Below, in pieces: positions 1 to 11,380 of a stretch of 64,000 nt of DNA. Source of the DNA: Vicugna vicugna (lineage: Eukaryota); the NCBI GenBank assembly GCA_013265495.1, contig MU058687.1, positions 4,958,093 to 5,022,092 on the forward strand, in the 5' to 3' direction. Within the stretch, counting starts at the first letter, position 1, and each line of letters starts with the position of its first letter. The translations under genes and the position numbers were made by a program. Under the pieces are notes generated by a model. The model saw nothing but the letters and a program-made list of their open reading frames with translations. It was not told the origin of the DNA and ran no database searches.

Positions 1-369
1 TGAAGACCTGGAATTCAAGCCTGTAGCTCTTAGAAGACAAACCTAATGCTTCTATGCTCTACACTGCATTGTGTCTGAAGTTCCAAATAGTGCAAGAGGG
101 TGCTCTCAGTCAGGTGAGATCTGGGTTCAGCAGCACATGTTAGTGCCTGATGGAGCCTGAGGACCAGACAAGCGTGGGCATGGGATGGAATCTGGGCTGT
201 GACTTTGGGCTTTCTAGGACAATGCTAACAAATTCTACCTAGACATACACAAGCATGAACTGTGACATGACAACCTACGCCTTTCACACTGAGGAAATTA
301 ATGGGCGGGCATCCTTCATCCATTGTTTCACTTAGTGTAACCTGCTCGATGATTGCAGGAGAGAAATAC

Positions 370-470
370 CAGTCTCCCTCTTTTACAAATAAATAAACCA
401 AGGCTCAGGGAATTTGAACACATTTGTTGTAGTCACAGTGCCAGAGAGTGTCAACATTGGGGTTCTACAC
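370..470 (-). mobile_element. MIR fragment
   Basis: cttttacaaataaataaaccaaggctcaggga resembles the reverse MIR core. Confidence 0.55.
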
Positions 471-884
471 AGATGTGTTTTTCCTGCTCCCCTATCCCTT
501 TCCGTTACCCTACTTTTCCGTCTGTATCCCAGGAGCTTTCCAGTTGGCACTGTATGTGAAACTCAAATTCATTTGGTTGACAGATATAAATTCATATGCA
601 GACTTACCATTGTTTCTCACGTCGCAGAGCATGCAGTACACTCTGCAATCACATTATTAAACATTTACTAGAAATGTGCTTCTGCTTGATGCACAGTCGC
701 CAGGCTCAGTGTTTAATTAAACTAGATTTGTCTTCATTTCAATCACATCATAGAAGTGTGAATTTTTCAGAGTTCAGTGGTGCAATCTTAATTCCAAATG
801 CCTATCAGTGTCTGAAAGCTGTATATCCTGGAGAAGGGGATAGGGTAGTGCAAAGTATCCTTGCATAAAGGATTTTAGGGGAAT

Positions 885-1100
885 ACTATTATTTAACAAT
901 AGGTAATACTGATATAGTGCTTATTCTTTGCTGAGTTTATGGATTATTATATTGAATATTTCTTACAGCATCCTGGAAAGGAATTATAATATTATTCCTA
1001 TTTTAGAGGTGAAGAAACTGAGTCTCAGTAAGGTTAAGTAACATACTCTCCAGTATCAGATAATCAGTAGGTGATAGGGCCAACTTGGATTTGAATGTAG
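885..1100 (-). mobile_element. MIR SINE
   Basis: attcctattttagaggtgaagaaactgagtctcagtaaggttaagtaac is the reverse MIR core. Confidence 0.8.
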
Positions 1101-1127
1101 GCATAGAGACCCCAACACTTTTATTTA

Positions 1128-1344
1128 CAGAAACTTTTTTCTGTACAGGACCAAATGATGAATATTGTAGTCTTTGCAAGCCTTAAGGTCTTTGTCGCAG
1201 CTATTTTAAGTCTGCTGTTACAGTGCAAAACCAACAGCAGACAATACATAAATGAATGGGCGTGGCTGTGTTCTAATAACACAATAAGCAGAAACAAGCT
1301 GTCATAGCCAGATTTGCCACTTTGTTGTGGTTGGAGGACCTCTG
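1128..1344 (-). mobile_element. MER58A-like hAT-Charlie DNA transposon
   Basis: gcagacaatacataaatgaatgggcgtggctgtgttctaataa and aaacttttttctgta match the reverse of the MER58A consensus as I recall it. Confidence 0.8.
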
Positions 1345-4300
1345 ATCTAGATTATGCGTATTTTGAAGCCTATAGCTCTGTTCTTACTAATCCGTAAGTT
1401 TTATTTTTATGGATTGTCTCATCTCTGTTTGGAATAAAGGGAGAAAGATAATCTCTAAGTGGATGAGTTAAATCCCAAGAGACACAGAGACTAGTCCTTC
1501 TATGTAGAGTAGCTTAGACCCGCCGGTGAGGTTAGTTTTTTAGAGTAAGGAAATGGAGGAGTACGTCAGTGGGACAGGCAATCCATCTACCTGTGCTTAA
1601 ACACACAAAAACCAACCATACACGACTTTCTTAAGTGAACCCCACAGACATGGATTTAATTTACCTTTACTTGCGTTATGCTGTGCATTGCTTAGAGCAA
1701 GAGTTGAAAGCAACAACCAGGAAGCTCGATCATTTCTCTGGCTCTGCTACTTCTGCTTAGTGGCTGTTAGGTCGTGGCTGTCCAGATACACTTTTCTCCC
1801 TCTGCCCTGAGGGAAGTTGCATACTTTCCTTTGGAATCCCTGGGTATTTTGTTAGCCACTGGTTTAGCTGCCCTGGCCCGTTTTCCATAGCCCTTCTGTA
1901 TAAAGGTGCCAGCTGACTTCCTTGAGTGTGTCTTGTCTTCTCCCTGCTCCCTGATTTGTCCATCTTCCAAGTCGTAGAAAGCGTTCTTTTCATTTTCTTG
2001 GCTGTCCCTAACCTGCCAATGAGAGTGTCCTGCTTGAAATTCTGCTCCATTTCCGGCCATCGATCTGCTCTTATGAAAGTGCACTCTCCTTAGACGTGAC
2101 TCAGCCCACTTCCAGCTGTTGAGTTTTAGAGATTTCAGAATTTGTCCTCGTATTTCTGAAGGAACAAGAATCAGGTATGTACGCACAAGCATGACAAGGG
2201 TAAAATAAATTTTGAAGCACCAAACTAAGACCAGATTTTATCTATACAAGAGAGGGGTCTGTTCACATTTTACCCACCCTGAGGTTGACGGGAATAAAGT
2301 TATCAATCAAAAGTCAAAGTTCCCACCACCAGAATAAGCAGCATATACCGCCAGACTTGGCTCCTGATAGCTCACGCAGAGTGATCACAGTTTTGTTAAT
2401 TCCTCTCTTTTTTTGAGGCAAAGTGGCTATATATTACATGCTCAATAAATGTTAAACTGTGCTGAGATTATCGGAGATGACTGCTGATTTTATTGTCTCC
2501 ATAGTCACAATAACAATCTACACCAAGATGAAGAGCATCCTTTACAAGCATTAAGTATACTTGAGTCCAGTTTAAAAGCAGTAGAAAAGTATCCAATGTT
2601 TTGTTACGGATAACTTTTAAGATTTTACTGGAAAAGTTTTCTTTGTTGAAACAATTAAATCTGATTTTATTAAAATATCTTTACCTGGGTTAGATAACTC
2701 TCTGCAGGTCTCAAAGGGTAGATTTCCAGTGTACTTAGATAAAATGATAAAAGGGAGGAAGGAGAACATTTAGGCATTTACTAAAGTTAATAAGGTCTAA
2801 ATATAAATCTAAAATGAATATAAATGCAAAGTAAAAGTAAATTAACTCTTCTCAGATGGCCAAGGTTTAGAAATACTTATTACTTCATTTTAAAACCTAC
2901 ATAAAGCTCTTGTGAGATGCTGACTGTTTCAAATAAAATAGGACTTTATATAAGTGAAGTACAAACTGAAATAGAACTGAAATGCTTTTAGACTTTCAAA
3001 ATGAATAGTTGGATATTTTTACTGAGTTTTCTGTGTGGTAAGGGTGGGCTGAACCTCCAGGAGAGGTAAAAATGAAGGCAATCCATAGAAAAGAATCTCT
3101 TGTTCTCAGGGAGCAATTGAGATCTCCTGGAGGAGATAAACCAAGTGAAATCTAATAGTTCTGCTTCATTTTGCGACTTTCTCCCAATATGGCCTCAGAG
3201 AATTTTGAGCTCCAAGTAGGCCCATAAAGGGAATTTTGAAATACTCTCAATGGATCTGTTCTTGAAATAAGTCAACTGAAGCCAGCGAGGTCCTGTGCCA
3301 ACACATTGACTCACGGTTCTGATCAACCCTGATCCCGGATCTTTACAATGCTCTCGTCTTGTTTCCACTCTCAGGAACTGAATGCAGTTCATCCTTAACA
3401 CGGGCTCCAAGCCCACCTTCCTGGTGGTCTCGTTGAAATGCAATAGTAGTTATAGACGCTGCCCATAAACACATAGGCCAAAACATGAATGAACTTTTCA
3501 GCCAGTAAATCCAGCTCAGCTCTGTGGCTGCCTGGTTATAGAGCTGCCTCATTCTGCCAAGTTACAATTGCTTTAATTTTTTTATGGTCAGAGAGAACAA
3601 TCAGTAGAAGTGCACTTTGTTCTTCTCTCTTCTGGATTTGATCCTTGATTGGTGCCACTCCCCCCACTGCAGCTACTTAGAACCAGCAAAGTGTTGACTA
3701 GAGGGCTGAAGGGTTTGAGCAATAACCGTGAACCTTCAGACCTCACTGCTTTTTGTACGTGTCATGCCGGCTGAAATCCCAATGACACAGCCAACCTCTA
3801 GGGACAGGAGCAACCTTAGTATCCACATTCCTTTGTTAACAGAAACCATTCAGATTCTTCTTTAAAAGTACTTATTGGGCATCCATCCCCGTAAATCCCT
3901 GTGCTAGGAACTGACAAATAGGAATTGGACCATTATTCAATCAGAACGTATCTAAGTCCAACAGGAAAAGGAAGAAATCTACGTATATCTTTACTACTCA
4001 CTTTGTCTAGGTTTTCCTTTCTGAATCACACTCAAAAGTAAATCTTTGAAAGAAAAAAAACAAAGACAATAAATCTTTAGACAGCATCCTTGAATTTGGT
4101 TAGATGGGAAATTTCAATCCCTGTTCAGAAGTCTAGATACTTGTGAGGATTCCAGTGTGATTTAAATAAGCCACCTTCCGTGAAAATCAGAAATGAAAAC
4201 ATGAAACCAAGAAAACTGTGTGTTCTGTTCTCACCTGTCTCATCTCTCGTCCTAATTATACCTTATATGCACCAATGTTCTAAGTGCTTTTTGACAAGGC

Positions 4301-4659
4301 AGCAATGTTACATCAATAGATATTGCGTGAACTTGAGTAGGCAAACCGAGTCACTCAAAGGCCTTTTTTTAATCTCTTGGATCATTATTGCAAAGATAAA
4401 AGTCAGTTTCTGAAAGAGTAAATTTCAAAGTAACCTAGCAATTAGAGTGGTGAAAAACACTAGGTCATCTGGTCCACTTCCCTGGTTGGTTTAGAAATTT
4501 CTACACAAAATGGACTACTCTAATTTGACTAGTGTAATTTGAAATATCACAGATGATAGTTTGTTTTTTCCACCAAGGGAATAGATCTGTCTGAGATCTC
4601 CTCCTTGGCTTTTATGTCAACAAAATTTTACTCAATTCCATTATTATTAGGTTTCTTGT

Positions 4660-4940
4660 GGTCTCTCATCTTCCGAGAGCCTAGACGGGCTTTCTTCATA
4701 CGGCAGACTCAGACTTCACCAGCATGAGAGACGAGCACCAACGTGCAAGGAGGGCTGTTCAAACTTCTGCTTGCATCACATTTACTAGTATGCCCTGTGC
4801 CAAACAAAGCAAATCTCAGAGTGAACCCAGAATCAAGGAGTAGAAAAATAGACTCAGCGTCTGATGGGAGGAGGGACAAAGTCCTCCTGTGAAAAGGACA
4901 GGGATATTGGAATGGGGTTGTTACTCTTTTGCAATTTAAC
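4660..4940 (-). mobile_element. MLT1-type MaLR LTR fragment
   Basis: cttctgcttgcatcacatttactagt...cccagaatcaaggagtagaaaaatagactc...gatgggaggag are typical MLT1 motifs. Confidence 0.65.
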
Positions 4941-5198
4941 ATGCTGGCAGCTTGGGAAACGTTCTCATTGTTGTAACTCTATTTTCCTCTTGAGCTTTCT
5001 CCCTCTCAATTCTCAAAGCCTCAAACTGAGTTTGGAAACTGATGGCTTTCACTGTCCTTTTATTTTTTTTTACCTTTAGGATATGACATTTTGGCATTAA
5101 TCTTGGCTTTTCTGCCATATCACATGATTTTCTTTTTTCTTTTTTTTTTTTTCTCATTAAGTCTTATCTTTCTGCCTTAAATTGAGTTAATGGTGTTT

Positions 5199-5352
5199 CT
5201 TTTAATTTTGATTTTTATTGAAGTGTAGTTGATTTACAATATTAGTTTCAGATGTACAGCAGAGCAATTCAGTTATACATATGCATACATATATACATAT
5301 ATACATATACATATACATATACATACACATACATATACATACATATATTCAT

Positions 5353-5383
<31 letters not shown>

Positions 5384-5589
5384 AATATACATTCAGATTC
5401 TTTTCCATTCTGGCTCTTTGAGAAGATAAACAAAATTGGTAAACTTTAAGCCAGATTCATCAAGACAAAAAGAGAGAGGTCCCAAATTAGTACAATCAGA
5501 AATGAAAAAGAAGTTACAGCCGACACCACAGTGATACAGAGGATCATAAGGGGCTACTATGAGCAACTATATGCCAACAAAATGGAGTA
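5199..5589 (-). mobile_element. 5'-inverted, truncated LINE-1 insertion with target-site duplication
   Basis: Reverse L1 3' end (tttttattgaagtgtagttgatttacaatatt...cagattcttttccatt) at about 5199-5409 is joined to a + strand ORF2 piece at 5411-5587 ([58 protein letters not shown]). TSD is agttaat(g/t)gtgttt at 5185-98 and 5590-5603. Confidence 0.85.
5274..5390. repeat. Compound (TA/CA)n microsatellite inside the L1 3' UTR
   Basis: tatacatatatacatatac... followed by a (CA)n run. Confidence 0.95.
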
Positions 5590-7044
5590 AGTTAATTGTG
5601 TTTTAAAAAATTAAATGTCCATTTAAAATTTTCTAATCTTTGTTTTTGTCATTTCCTCTTGGATGCTCTCAAATACTTTATTTATGATAAATGTGTTTTG
5701 TTTATATAGGCTATGTTCTCTCTTTCTTTTCTTCCTTTTTTTTTATTAACAAAATCAGTTATGTTATAAAAACAGCCCCATCCTGATCTTTACAGTAGAC
5801 ATTTTCTCTGAGCTGGATTCATTGTTGTTTATCATTATACTTTGTTTGTAGCCAGATTTGAGGCCATGCTGCAGTTCTCACAAACAAATCAATTTGAATT
5901 AATTTGCCAAGTAGAGTTAACGAGGCAGTGTGTGAATTCAAGATATAGTACACTGACTGTATTCCCTCGGGTTATTACTTCATTGGGAAAATTCTGATTC
6001 TTGTACCATATTGTAGTAGTGTATACCTGACCTTTGAATCTTGCAGTAAATGATGCGTGGCTGCCAACTGGTTCATTTTTTGAAAAGCCTTGGAAATGCC
6101 ATGTAACCAAGCAAATAGGAGTATAGACAATTCTTTAATTAATATCTTTGTAGGGGGAGGGTGTCTTCAAGATCTACGCTGTCTGATGCTTGCCCATGCT
6201 AGGAGTCCTGTTTCTAAGGATGTTCTAAGTGAAAGTTTGAGAAACATTAAAACAGGGAAAATATATCTCTTAGATGATCTTTGAGGTCACTTCAACCTTA
6301 AAACTGTAGTCTCCTCTCGAAATAATAAACTTCAAGTTCTAATGAACGCTACTCCCAGAAGCTGCTTTGTAATGATGAAGCACAAAAAACCATTTGCTTA
6401 AGAGAGACCTCCGTGGTTATGTGGCCTCTCCCTCACCCCTCCACACCCTCATGTCTTCACCTGTCCCCAACAAGTTCTCTAGCTTGGAGAATTTTTTTTT
6501 CGACTGGAAAGGCTATTGTAAACAAATAGGGAAAGTAGTCCTCCTAAAAGCTGAGGAAATGGTAATAGAGTTCCTCCAAGGAGCTCAAATCTCTGGGTCT
6601 TGGATGAGTAATGTCTCAGGATGCTAAAGAAATCTGAACTCCAAGCCCCTGTGAATGTTCACTCAGGAACAATGATGGGAGTCAATCAGAATAGAAAATT
6701 AGTTTGAGAAAAGTATCCTAAATTTTACATTGCATAAGAAGATGGATCTCTTAAATTTGGAACTGATACATACAAATTCTCAAATGCTTTATTAGACAGA
6801 TAAGTTGGTGTACATTTAACCATATTTAACAAAGACTCTGGTGATGGCATGGGCTTTTCAAAACAAGTGTTACCAAAATAGTCTAAATTCCCTTTGGATA
6901 GCATTAGCAAATTGGCCAACAAGAAGTATGTTATAATCTAGAGTATCTTCTTTTCCTTGAAAAAGTATAATGTAAGGAGACCTATAACAGCATCTTAAGG
7001 AGAACTGCTTCTGGTTGAACTGAAACAGCCAGATGAAACTCCCT

Positions 7045-7531
7045 CGTTACTCTGTATCTATTGCTGTGTAACAAATTACCCTGAAACTTAGTGGCTCAAA
7101 ACAGCAAGTTTTCGTTATCTCACTGTTTCTGTAGGTCAGGATTTGGTAGCAGCCAAGTTGAGTGGTTCTGTATACAAGTGTCTGATGAGCTGAAGTTAAG
7201 ATATCGACAAGGGCTAAAGTCATCTCAAGGCTTACCTAGCCCTGGAGGATCTGGTGGCTTTAGTTCCTTGACATGTGGGTGTCTTCATAGAGCTTCTAAA
7301 GTATCCTCATGACTCAGCACTGGTTCCCCAGAATGAGCCATGACAGAGAGAGAGGGAGGAAGTCACAGTGCCTTTTCCGATCTAGTCTCTAAAAGTCACA
7401 CATCGTCAATTCCACCATGTCCTATTCTTTAGAATTGAGTCACCAGGTCCAGCCCACCTGTAAGAGAATCAAGCTCCACCTCTTACAGAGAAGAGTTTCA
7501 AAGAATTTGTAAATATTTTAAGGCTACCACA
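7045..7531 (-). mobile_element. MLT1 (F/H-like) MaLR LTR
   Basis: Begins tctattgctgtgtaacaaattaccctgaaacttagtggctcaaaacagc and ends ...ggctaccaca. Confidence 0.85.
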
Positions 7532-8609
7532 TAATCCTCCTATTCTGTAAATTCTTCAGGGTCTGGAATGAGTGCTCAAAAAATATGCTTATCAAACTTG
7601 TGAGGAGACACAAAACTGCTACAAGACACGAAAGACCTAGAGTTAAACATTTTCTTCTCAGGTTGGAATGCTGTTATGAAACAAAAAAGAATAAATGTAA
7701 TGGGTTGTAATTGAAGTCCTACTTTGCAGTTCATGAAGCGTATTGCATGAGTGCAAGATGGCACAAACTTCTGGAAGCAATTTAATTGGAAACTTTCTTG
7801 GGCTTGAGTTGTAAACAAGCCCTAGTATATGACTGTGCTGGAATACGGTTGTTTAAACAACTGTTGTAAACCAGAGTATTCACCAGGTCAAGGGTGGGGG
7901 CTATGTGATCCAGTGACTGTTATTTTTAGATCCTTTGGGAACCATATATTCATTTGTAGGCATGAGGTTCAAAGTTAGTCTAGAAGAACTATAATTTATA
8001 AACACCAGAGATTCCCTACGATCTAAATTTATTATGGCCTCAGAGATGCTGCTATTGGTGTGACTTTCCTATTCACGGGGATGAAAATGTTCCTAACTGT
8101 TGTCTATTGAGGCTGTCCTTCCAAACCTCCTGTCTGCCCTCTGAGCTGTGTAGGGACATGACACATGTGTATTTGAATGAGCATATATATATTTTTTAAC
8201 CAAATATTCTAGCATTCTGGCTTTAAAACTTTGAGTTTGATGTTCTCTGCATGAGAGGAATGAAAGGAAATGGGAATGGGGGGTGGGTGGGAAGGAAGGC
8301 ATTTAGAGAGAAATGAAAGAAATCAACAAGGCTAAAGAGGAACAGCGAGATGACACAGAGGGGGAGGGATGCAGGAAGGAATGGGTTGTGGGACAGAGTG
8401 AACCCCAGGATGACACTGCGACTTTTGCAACATTGGACGAAATATGTGACAAAATGAAGGGCACCTGGGGGAATCTTGAAAGGATCTTATGTCAAAAGGT
8501 TGAAGACCAAACAGTAAGGTTTTATGTTGAAAAGGAAACTTGGAAAGATTGGATACTAAAAATTGTGTAGTGAGGTAAATCTTAGATTTGCCTTCTTTTT
8601 TGTTTAACC

Positions 8610-8790
8610 CTTCTGAATCAGGTACTATGATAGCACTCATGTTGTGCCACACACCGTGCTAAGTGCTTCACATAAACTTAGTTCTCAGGTAATTCTCACA
8701 GCCACCCTATGTTATTATACTTACAATTCTCGTTTGATAATATTATTAAAATTCTCATTTTATACATGAAGAAACTAAAGCTTAAAGACA
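8610..8790 (-). mobile_element. MIR SINE
   Basis: tgtgccacacaccgtgctaagtgcttcacat...ctcattttatacatgaagaaactaaagc. Confidence 0.75.
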
Positions 8791-9549
8791 CACCAAGACA
8801 TAGATATACTTAACAAGTTTATCAGAAAAAGGAACTAGACAAAAATCTGTACTGAAATTGACTAGCCTAGCTTCAGAGCGTATTTTGGAATAATCATGGA
8901 AGAGTGACACCATTTGAGGAAGGAAAGCAAATTTTATAGTCAGTTTTGTTTTGTGAATTTATGGCATGTCATTTTGAAAGTCATCTTAAATAAAGAGTTA
9001 ACTGTTAGACCTGCCATCAGGAGGAAAGCTCTAGTAGCTATCACTTAGAAATATTCTCTTAAACTCTGCGAGCAAAAAAAAATATTGTGGTCACCTGGAC
9101 CTTGCTTTATTCATCTTTCTAGGATTGAAAGTATCCTTAATGAATGATGCTTAAATAAAGAGAAAGCCCAGGAGCAATGAGCTTCAGGAAGAGAGTTGAA
9201 AATGGCTTCAAAATACAAAGAAAGAGTAGGGATTGGTGATCCATGTTCTAATTATTGCATCAGGGTAAGTGATCTTTAGTGTTATAACACCTCAGCCGAA
9301 ATGGCACTTTAACTTAGATTTGGGATGTGGAAGAGAAGTTCAATGTTAACATGTTTGCACACAAACTCACCTCAGCCAGCCTTGACAAAGGTCAAGCAAG
9401 AGGGCCACAATCACTTGGACAACTGGACGCAGAGCACCAGGGTTACTTCTCTAGCACGGTCCCCACTCTCATCCCCTGAGAGCTAAAATAAATACCAGAC
9501 TCTCTCCATTCCCAGCTTCTTCCAACTTCCCGTTGGCACCTTGCGTGGA

Positions 9550-9740
9550 TTATTACGTTTAATTTGTACAAAAATCTTGTGATATAGGCATTGCCATCTT
9601 CATATATAGTTTTTGAGCAGATGAGGAAACTGAGACATCTAGATTAAGGAAATTGTGCAAGTTCACAGAACTGGTAAATAGCGGAGCTAGGACTGCATCT
9701 CAAGTTTGAAAGGTTCCATAGCCAGTGCTCTTTTCATTCA
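9550..9740 (-). mobile_element. MIR SINE
   Basis: cagatgaggaaactgagacatctagattaagg...caagttcacagaactggtaaatagcggagctagga. Confidence 0.8.
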
Positions 9741-10139
9741 TGTCTGAGCCATCTTTGCTTAAACAGCTCAACTCTCGAGCCTAGAGATGGTAGATCAATG
9801 TTATGATATAGGAAGGAATTAATATGTCTGTCGATGTGTATCTTCCATTTCTGAACAAGAAGAAAGGAGGCAGTGTGCTTCATCAGCACAGCCGTGCATG
9901 TCTGGGTGACCCATGCTGCTTTCTAGGGGGAACATCTCATCACTTCAGAAAGATGGTTCTCCCTGGTTCCTGGAACCATTTAAGTGAGTCTGGAAAAGCT
10001 CCCTTACTTAATAATCCCTTTGTGCTCTGAGTCTATTAATTTACTTCCCCAGCCGATCAGTTTTCTGCTCCAAGAGATTAATTTCTTTACCTTGGCACAC
10101 TAAAGGATCAAGGCTCACAACATACAAATAGTTCTTTTT

Positions 10140-10240
10140 TCTTCAGCCCCAAAGGTGTGTTGTGAGGATTAATGAGATGATGCTTATAATTGCATTTTGA
10201 GCTTCTTGATCAAAAGGTACTTTATAAATACAGGATATTA
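10140..10240 (+). mobile_element. Ancient MIR3/CORE-SINE-like tail
   Basis: gtgttgtgaggattaatgagatgatgcttataattgcattttgag...aaaaggtactttataaata. Confidence 0.5.
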
Positions 10241-11259
10241 ATTCTTTGTTGAGGTCCATCCATCACTTACAAGTGTCTGAACATTCTAGATACCTTTTGG
10301 GTAACACAACACCCCACTTTCTGACTCTAAGAGAGTTCATCTGGGTCAACACCAGGAACAAGACCAGAGCTGAGCTCAGAGAGTCTCCCCAGTTCCTTGT
10401 CTTTAGTGTCTGATGTTTGCTTCAAAACTCACAAAGTGTTCTTTGGGGAGAGAGACATTCTAAGAACCTCTGAAATGCCCTACTCCTTGATCCTACCCAC
10501 ATCAATTTTCTTTTGCCTCTGGCTCTAATATGTAGTATTCATTCTCTGACTGTTCATTAGACCCGCAGTCTCATTTTTCAGTGTCAACAAAGCAATAAAG
10601 AAAACTTTTCCTTCCTTTATTCCAAGACTCAAAACAAAATGCAAAAAAATACCTCTGGCATTAATTTTGCACAGATGAATGTTGCTACAGTATTCCTAGT
10701 AGCATATCCATGTGCTTGACTACATTTCAGGTGGTATTAATAGTCTACCTGCAAGAAAGCATTTTCTGCCAACCCGGTGCAAATTGCCAGAACCTTTAAG
10801 CCACTCTTCCTCGACTTAGCAACAGTACATCATCATTAACTGTGGCTGGACCAAGAAATCACATTTGTCAATGCCTGAATTGCTCTTTTACTTTCAGTGG
10901 TTTTAGAAACCCACTTTGTTTTGGAAATGGGGTTAGCTGAGTATATTTTAGAAGATACAGAAATATAAAAAGCAGCAACCAGGAGATTTAGAGGATATGC
11001 AGGATGCTTCATTTTCTACGGTCAGTTAATCTTTGGATGAAAACCTTTGTGGGACCAAATGTAATGTGGTTCATCTTTTGAATGGAGGCCTGGAAACGTT
11101 CTGAGACTGTGAAAGCACCCCATGGAATGAATGTGCTTCCTTTTGATTATTAAGAAAGAGTTGAATTATATCAGTAAAAATCGTTCAAATAAAGTAGGTT
11201 TTTATATCCCAGGTTCTGTGTATACTCTACCTCTTAATGTCTTATACCTGGTCATCTGG

Positions 11260-11380
11260 TGAATCGGGAAGTGGGGAAACTGAGGCTAAGTGACCTACAC
11301 AAGGCCACATAAGCTTCTAAATTTGAGAATCGAAGCCAGCTTTGTCTCCAGAGCCCATGGCCATAGCTCCTATGCTGTAC
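11260..11380 (-). mobile_element. MIR SINE fragment
   Basis: gtggggaaactgaggctaagtgacctacacaaggccacata...ccagagccc. Confidence 0.75.

Noticed and set aside
1790..2195. Possible old ERVL/Gypsy-like LTR (also 41600-41990 and 56000-56355)
   Set aside because: The texture is LTR-like, but I cannot assign a family or boundaries without a Dfam search.
5229..5449. His/Thr/Tyr-repeat ORFs
   Set aside because: These are translations of a TA/CA microsatellite.
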